DNA of 64,000 bases from Phycisphaerae bacterium (GTDB lineage: Bacteria > Planctomycetota > Phycisphaerae > UBA1845). Below are positions 59,301-64,000 of the stretch, in pieces; position 1 is the first letter of the stretch; each line of letters begins with the position of its first letter. Below the pieces are notes generated by a model, which saw nothing but the letters and a program-made list of their open reading frames with translations, ran no database searches and was not told the DNA's origin. The position numbers and the translations under genes were made by a program. The stretch spans positions 608,001 to 672,000 of the forward strand of contig CAXXGO010000003.1 of NCBI GenBank assembly GCA_963666835.2. The letters are read 5' to 3'.

Positions 59301-59398
59301 TGTCGGATAGCGGGCGCAGTCTGCGCTCACTCGACGACACACAGGGGCGGGCCGGTGTAACGTTACCCACGGAGTACCGGCTCGTCCCACCCTTTTCT
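59301..59398 (+). ncRNA. Candidate structured small RNA (about 95 nt)
   Basis: Follows the putative promoter; hairpin GGGCGCA/TGCGCTC, then a 13-bp stem 59344-59356/59376-59388 with two G-U pairs that only work on the + strand, then CCCTTTTCT. Confidence 0.3.
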
Positions 59399-60398
59399 AC
59401 GCTCCCGTAATCACACCTCCTGCCGTGCTCCTTTCACTATAACTCGTTAACCCCGAACCGCCCGGGCGAAACGCCATGCAAAACCGATTGGCTCGGCGCT
59501 ACTCGACATAGACACATGCGTCATCGCCCTCTCCGCGGCGCACCGAATATCCACCCACTCCAGAAAACAACGGTAGCCGACCATATCGCGCACAAGAGGC
59601 CTCACCGTTCGCATTCGGATACATGTATCTCGGGCTGATGCCATGGACACAGTTGCGACAGGATAGGCGACTATGCGAATGCGCTCTGAGCTTCGTCATC
59701 TTCCAATGCGTCCGGATCCCATCAAAGAGACTGACGCCACAACAAAACGTGCGATCGTATCGAGGTCGGCGCGACACCGTTGAAACGTCCTTGAAACGAG
59801 ACACCATTCGGGCATCCCGATTCACCAGAACATGCGCAACACACACCGAAGCGGAACGGCAATGGCCTGCTGTCGAGCGACAAAAGACAACCAACCGCAT
59901 CGGACTTCCCGGGATACTAACACTGCCCGATAGGACATGCAAGCACAAATCTTCGACGTTGCAGCAGCACTGCACTGCAAGCAAATCATTCACCGGCGCT
60001 TGACGTCAGTGTGAACTTGGTCATCTCGTAAGCAAACGAGACCGCATTCGCCGGCGCACATGATGCGTAGGCTGCCAAAACAGTCCTTGCAGTTTCGGTG
60101 CGATCGCTTCCGAATACTCTCCTAATGTCGCATCCAATCAGCCACAAAGCCTCCGCATAAGGCATTCACTTCTATGAAACGATCTTGATACTCAGTATCG
60201 CGCGCAGGACTTATGTCACTTCTCAATATCACATCGCCTGGCCTGCGGCCAAACATACATAGCGCCTTCGCCCTCGCGGCGTGCCTGATCCCGCGGTTTG
60301 CGTTTCCGGGCCGTGAGTGAATTCCATAGCGATGCCATACTACTGATTGGAGTGGAGTATTGCGTTCGCTCAGGCCTTCGATACCGGACACAGCTATC

Positions 60399-62753
60399 CT
60401 AATGGCTTCTCTGGGTAAATAGGTACGTGCGCAAATCCGCCAAACGCGATTCTCTCTCGGGGTATGCACTGCGCAGTTTCTCCATAACTTCCCCGGTAAC
60501 CTGGCGAGCGTGAAGGACGTCTTTCCGGGCGGTCAGAATGCTGCTCAAGTCGGCGAGCGCCTCGTCGATGTGGCGGTTTTCGATCCCCAACGAGTCAAGG
60601 TAGATGTCGAGCATGGTCAGGCAGTACGTCTCAGCCTCGTTGAACCGACGCTGGTCGCGCAACGTCAGGGCCAGCTGCCCATTGATCCACGCCAGGGCTA
60701 GATGTCGTTCGCCCAACACCTGACCACGGACCTCCAGGGCCTGCTCCAGATAAGACTCAGCCCGCGCCAAGTCACCGCTGTGTCGCGCAACTCGCCCCAA
60801 CTCGGCAAGAGTGCCGCCCGTATTGATGCTATCGAAACCATAAAGGTGATTCTCGATGTCAAGCGACTCCGTTAAAACCGCTACGGCGCCGCCCAAGTCG
60901 CCCTTGGAGGCGAGGATTCGCCCCAAAATGTGAAGGCCTTCAGGAAGGCACTCACCTACGTGAGAGCCGGCCGGCTCCCGCCGCAGCACTACCAGAGCTT
61001 CCCGGCAGAGCCGTTCCGCCTCGTCCAGATTCCTCGCCTCGTCATACGCTTCCAGGACATAGGCAACGTAGATCCGGGCACGGGCCGTCGAGGGGTCCCC
61101 CTCTCCCAAAAGCTCGCGCGTAATCGCCAGCGCCATCCGCGAATCGGCCTCCGCAAGCGGAATGTCACACTCGCGATGGACTCTACTGAGCTGAAGAAGA
61201 GTCTCCGCTACATCGAGATGCTTATCGCCATGCAGACCCCGCCGCTTCTTCAGCGCCATGACCAACGGCGGCTCGGCCTTGTCGTGCAACCCAAGAGACA
61301 AGAACGTGACACCTACCGTGTGGAGTACGGACGCTTGAACATCCGGCAAATGGCCCAGCTCCGTCTCGGCTCGTTCCACCGCGTCCTCGAGCATCTCTCT
61401 GATAACGCTGACGTCGCGCCCCCGCGCGATCTCGGGATCGGCGGACGTCAAGGTCCGATGGAGAAACCCACCAAACGCCTGCGCCCGCTGAGCCTCTCGA
61501 CGGGCTTGTCCCAACAGCACACCAATCACAACCACTGAGACAATCAGAACGGCAAACACGCCGGTCACCCCGCCAAGCAACGGCTTATGACGCCTGGCAA
61601 ACTTCCGCAGCTGATACATCGTGCTAGGCGGCGCCGCCAACAGCGGTTCGTCGTTGAGGTAGCGACGCAGATCATCACCGAGGGCAGCGGCAGACTGGTA
61701 TCGAAGGTTGCGATCCTTCTCCATGGCTTTACCCACGATCGCCTCGATCTCACCGCGAAGTACTCGGTCGATTGAACCGAGTCGTCGCGGCTCCCCGTCG
61801 CGGATCTTGGCCGCAGCTTCAGGAATACTCAAGTTCCGCACATCAAATGGCGGAGAACCGCTCAATAACTCATAGAGAATCACGCCCAAGGCGTAGACGT
61901 CGGAACGCGCGTCCAACTCGGCCGAGTTCCCCCCCACCTGTTCCGGACTCATATACGGCATGGTGCCGATCAGTTGCCCGATCTCGGTCTGCACGGTCGC
62001 GACCTGCAAATCAGCATTGGTGGCTCGAGCCACACCGAAATCCAGGATCTTCGTTCTCCCCGAAGCGGTAACGAGGATATTGGCCGGCTTGAGGTCGCGG
62101 TGAATCACTCCCTTCAAATGGGCGTGCTGCACCGCGTCGCAGACGTTTGCAACAAGCTCGAGTCGTTCTCTCGGACCAAGACCGGCATGCTCGGCGAAGG
62201 TGTTCAGTGGCCGGCCCTCGATCAACTCCATCGCGAAGAACGGTTGACGAACACCCGGCCCGGGCGCGACGAGCACTTCGGCCACGCCGGCCTCGTGGAT
62301 CTGCGCGATTCCCGGATGCTGGAGCTGCCCCAACACTTCAACCTCGTGTTTGAAACGTCGTAGCATGCTCCCGGTCAGCATTCCCGGGCGGATAACTTTG
62401 AGCGCCACTACCCTTCGCGGGTGATCCTGGCGCGCCTCGTAGACCACGCCCATTCCCCCCTCGGCAATGACTCGAACGATCTCGTATCGGCCAATGGATT
62501 GGGGGATATACGCCCCGCCCGTTTGGGCGGCGCTGCTTGGAGTGAGCGCCTTCAAGTTGACGTCGTATCCAAGGGCGGGCGTGCCGAGAAAGGAATCCAA
62601 GCTGCCGTCCTCTTTGAGCATCCGCCGAACCGCACTGCGTACTTCCGAATCATCCCCACATTCCTCATCGAGCAATGCGTTCCTTCGGTCTTCCGGAAAT
62701 CGGCAGGCCTTCTCAAACAGGCGTTCCACGCGTTGGAACTGCTGGGGCGTCAT
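60399..62753 (-). CDS. Serine/threonine protein kinase with TM helix and C-terminal TPR repeats
   Basis: IAEGGMGVVYEA, VALKVI, HRDLKPANILV, ILDFGVAR, GTMPYMSPEQ, SDVYALG; ATGA overlap with the ECF gene. Confidence 0.95.
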   Translation of the reverse strand: MTPQQFQRVERLFEKACRFPEDRRNALLDEECGDDSEVRSAVRRMLKEDGSLDSFLGTPALGYDVNLKALTPSSAAQTGGAYIPQSIGRYEIVRVIAEGGMGVVYEARQDHPRRVVALKVIRPGMLTGSMLRRFKHEVEVLGQLQHPGIAQIHEAGVAEVLVAPGPGVRQPFFAMELIEGRPLNTFAEHAGLGPRERLELVANVCDAVQHAHLKGVIHRDLKPANILVTASGRTKILDFGVARATNADLQVATVQTEIGQLIGTMPYMSPEQVGGNSAELDARSDVYALGVILYELLSGSPPFDVRNLSIPEAAAKIRDGEPRRLGSIDRVLRGEIEAIVGKAMEKDRNLRYQSAAALGDDLRRYLNDEPLLAAPPSTMYQLRKFARRHKPLLGGVTGVFAVLIVSVVVIGVLLGQARREAQRAQAFGGFLHRTLTSADPEIARGRDVSVIREMLEDAVERAETELGHLPDVQASVLHTVGVTFLSLGLHDKAEPPLVMALKKRRGLHGDKHLDVAETLLQLSRVHRECDIPLAEADSRMALAITRELLGEGDPSTARARIYVAYVLEAYDEARNLDEAERLCREALVVLRREPAGSHVGECLPEGLHILGRILASKGDLGGAVAVLTESLDIENHLYGFDSINTGGTLAELGRVARHSGDLARAESYLEQALEVRGQVLGERHLALAWINGQLALTLRDQRRFNEAETYCLTMLDIYLDSLGIENRHIDEALADLSSILTARKDVLHARQVTGEVMEKLRSAYPERESRLADLRTYLFTQRSH

Positions 62754-63325
62754 GGTGCGGCGTTCTCTTCCCGCAGTTCCTTGGCGAGCCAAGCCCGCGC
62801 CGTTCGCCACCACCGCGAGGCCTCCGTACGCGAGATACCAAGTACGGCCGCCGCATCCCGCTCAGTTAATCCCCCGAAGAAGCGAAGCTCCACCAAGCGA
62901 GCTTTCCTCTCATCCAGGTCTGCCAACGTATCCAGGGCGTCCTCGAGGGCCAACAGATCTACCGGTTCGGCGGTTGCGTCATCGACTTGCTCACTCAACG
63001 TCACTCGCTCACGGTCGTTGTGCCTCTTTGCCGTCACTCTAGCTCGAGAGTGATCTACCAGAACCTGCCGCATCGCTCTGGAGGCCAGCGCAAGGAAGTG
63101 CCGTCGATCCCTGACAACCACCGCGGAGCTTGCGGCGAGCTTGGCATACGCCTCGTGAACCAGTGCCGTCGGCTGCAGCGTGTGCTCGGCGGGCTGATTG
63201 CGAAACTGGGCAGCCGCCAGCCGCCGAAGTTCCTCATAAAGTTGCGGCAAGAGCTGCCTTACGGGGGGCGCATCACTATCCACGTCGCTCAGAACATGTT
63301 CCGTTGGCACGTCGAATCCGCTCAT
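62750..63325 (-). CDS. ECF-type RNA polymerase sigma factor (planctomycete kinase-associated, TIGR02999-like)
   Basis: LLPQLYEELRRLAA...HTLQPTALVHEAY...HFLALASRAMRQVLVDH...VELRFFGGLT...WRTARAWL. Confidence 0.93.
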   Translation of the reverse strand: MSGFDVPTEHVLSDVDSDAPPVRQLLPQLYEELRRLAAAQFRNQPAEHTLQPTALVHEAYAKLAASSAVVVRDRRHFLALASRAMRQVLVDHSRARVTAKRHNDRERVTLSEQVDDATAEPVDLLALEDALDTLADLDERKARLVELRFFGGLTERDAAAVLGISRTEASRWWRTARAWLAKELREENAAP

Positions 63326-63573
63326 CACCAGAAGCCCGAAGGGTCGTTCTCTGATTATACCCCCCCGCCCCATGATACCGGACCGCCTTTCCCAAACGCC
63401 GAAAACGCGCCAGAACGCAATTATTATAGGACTATGCGGCGTCGGCGAGATTCGGCCGGATTTCCGGGAGCGCACCGCCTCCGTATCTCGTGTTTCTCTA
63501 GGAACAGAGACTTGTTGGGAAGGCCCAACCGTACCCGCTCGGAACCAGGGACGAATGCACAGGAGATCTGCCC

Positions 63574-64000
63574 GTGATATGCGATATTCCGATCAGATGT
63601 TGGCTCGCGACTATCTTCCTTCTGGCGGCAGCGATACCGCTGGCCGCGGAACCGCTCGGTACCGAGTTCACCTATCAAGGTCAGCTCAAAAGTGATGGGG
63701 TACCCGCAGACGGCGATTACGACTTCGTCTTCCGCCTCTTCGACGCCGAGACCGGAGGCGTGCAAATAGGCGGCGATGTCACCGTCCCCGACTGGACGGT
63801 CACCGACGGCCTGTTCACGCTACAACTCGACTTCGGCACCGGTGCGTTCGGCAGCAACGCACGGTGGCTCGAAATCGACGTACGCGAAAGCGGTAGCAGC
63901 GACGATTACGAAACACTCGCGCCGCGTCACCTGTTGACCGCGACGCCGGTGGCACAGTTCGCCCTCAACGGGCCCGGCAGCGGCGGATATTGGACGCTCA
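63574..64000 (+). CDS. Secreted protein with FTYQGQL-type N-terminal domain (3' end off the window)
   Basis: Not in the ORF track; AGGAG RBS 8 nt before GTG 63574; signal peptide ...AAAIPLAA then EPLGTEFTYQGQLKSDG...YDFVFRLFDAETGG...GLFTLQLDFG...RWLEIDVR...LAPRHLLTATP. Confidence 0.8.
   Translation, partial: MICDIPIRCWLATIFLLAAAIPLAAEPLGTEFTYQGQLKSDGVPADGDYDFVFRLFDAETGGVQIGGDVTVPDWTVTDGLFTLQLDFGTGAFGSNARWLEIDVRESGSSDDYETLAPRHLLTATPVAQFALNGPGSGGYWTL

Noticed and set aside
60240..60330. c-di-GMP-I riboswitch-like GGAAACGCAAA on the minus strand
   Set aside because: The upstream GGCAAA/P1-P2 elements are absent

Overview
GC-rich bacterial window whose gene content points to a planctomycete, probably Phycisphaerae (inference from the ECF-sigma/Ser-Thr kinase pair, C-terminal dockerin-like tags and the MoxR-VWA-prenyltransferase operon). 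Left to right: (1) a minus-strand LOG-MoxR-DUF58-BatA/VWA-VWA/GATase-like-coiled-coil-prenyltransferase-fold-NPCBM operon (<1-14.4 kb); (2) housekeeping/accessory genes (polysaccharide deacetylase, GNAT, PIG-L deacetylase, MazG-like, GyrI-like, accA, M14 amidase, cstA, radical SAM); (3) a rearranged 11-subunit complex I operon nuoI-A-B-C-D-H-J-K-L-M-N with no nuoEFG, an enlarged NuoH, a His-rich NuoL insert and a coupled ferritin-like gene; (4) cinA, an ATP-grasp gene and a HAD gene broken by about 8 single-base insertions, probably sequencing error; (5) queD/folE and a MacAB-TolC-type exporter; (6) a candidate cohesin-dockerin extracellular protease system: a 2539-aa pro-astacin + prenyltransferase-fold + cohesin-like + 12 HYR + dockerin-like protein, a non-catalytic cohesin/dockerin adaptor and a TolB-like lipoprotein, lying downstream of an ECF sigma/kinase pair, with a candidate sRNA in the 1.26-kb gap. 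No rRNA, tRNA, CRISPR array or transposase was seen. All family calls are from motif recognition by eye, not database searches.
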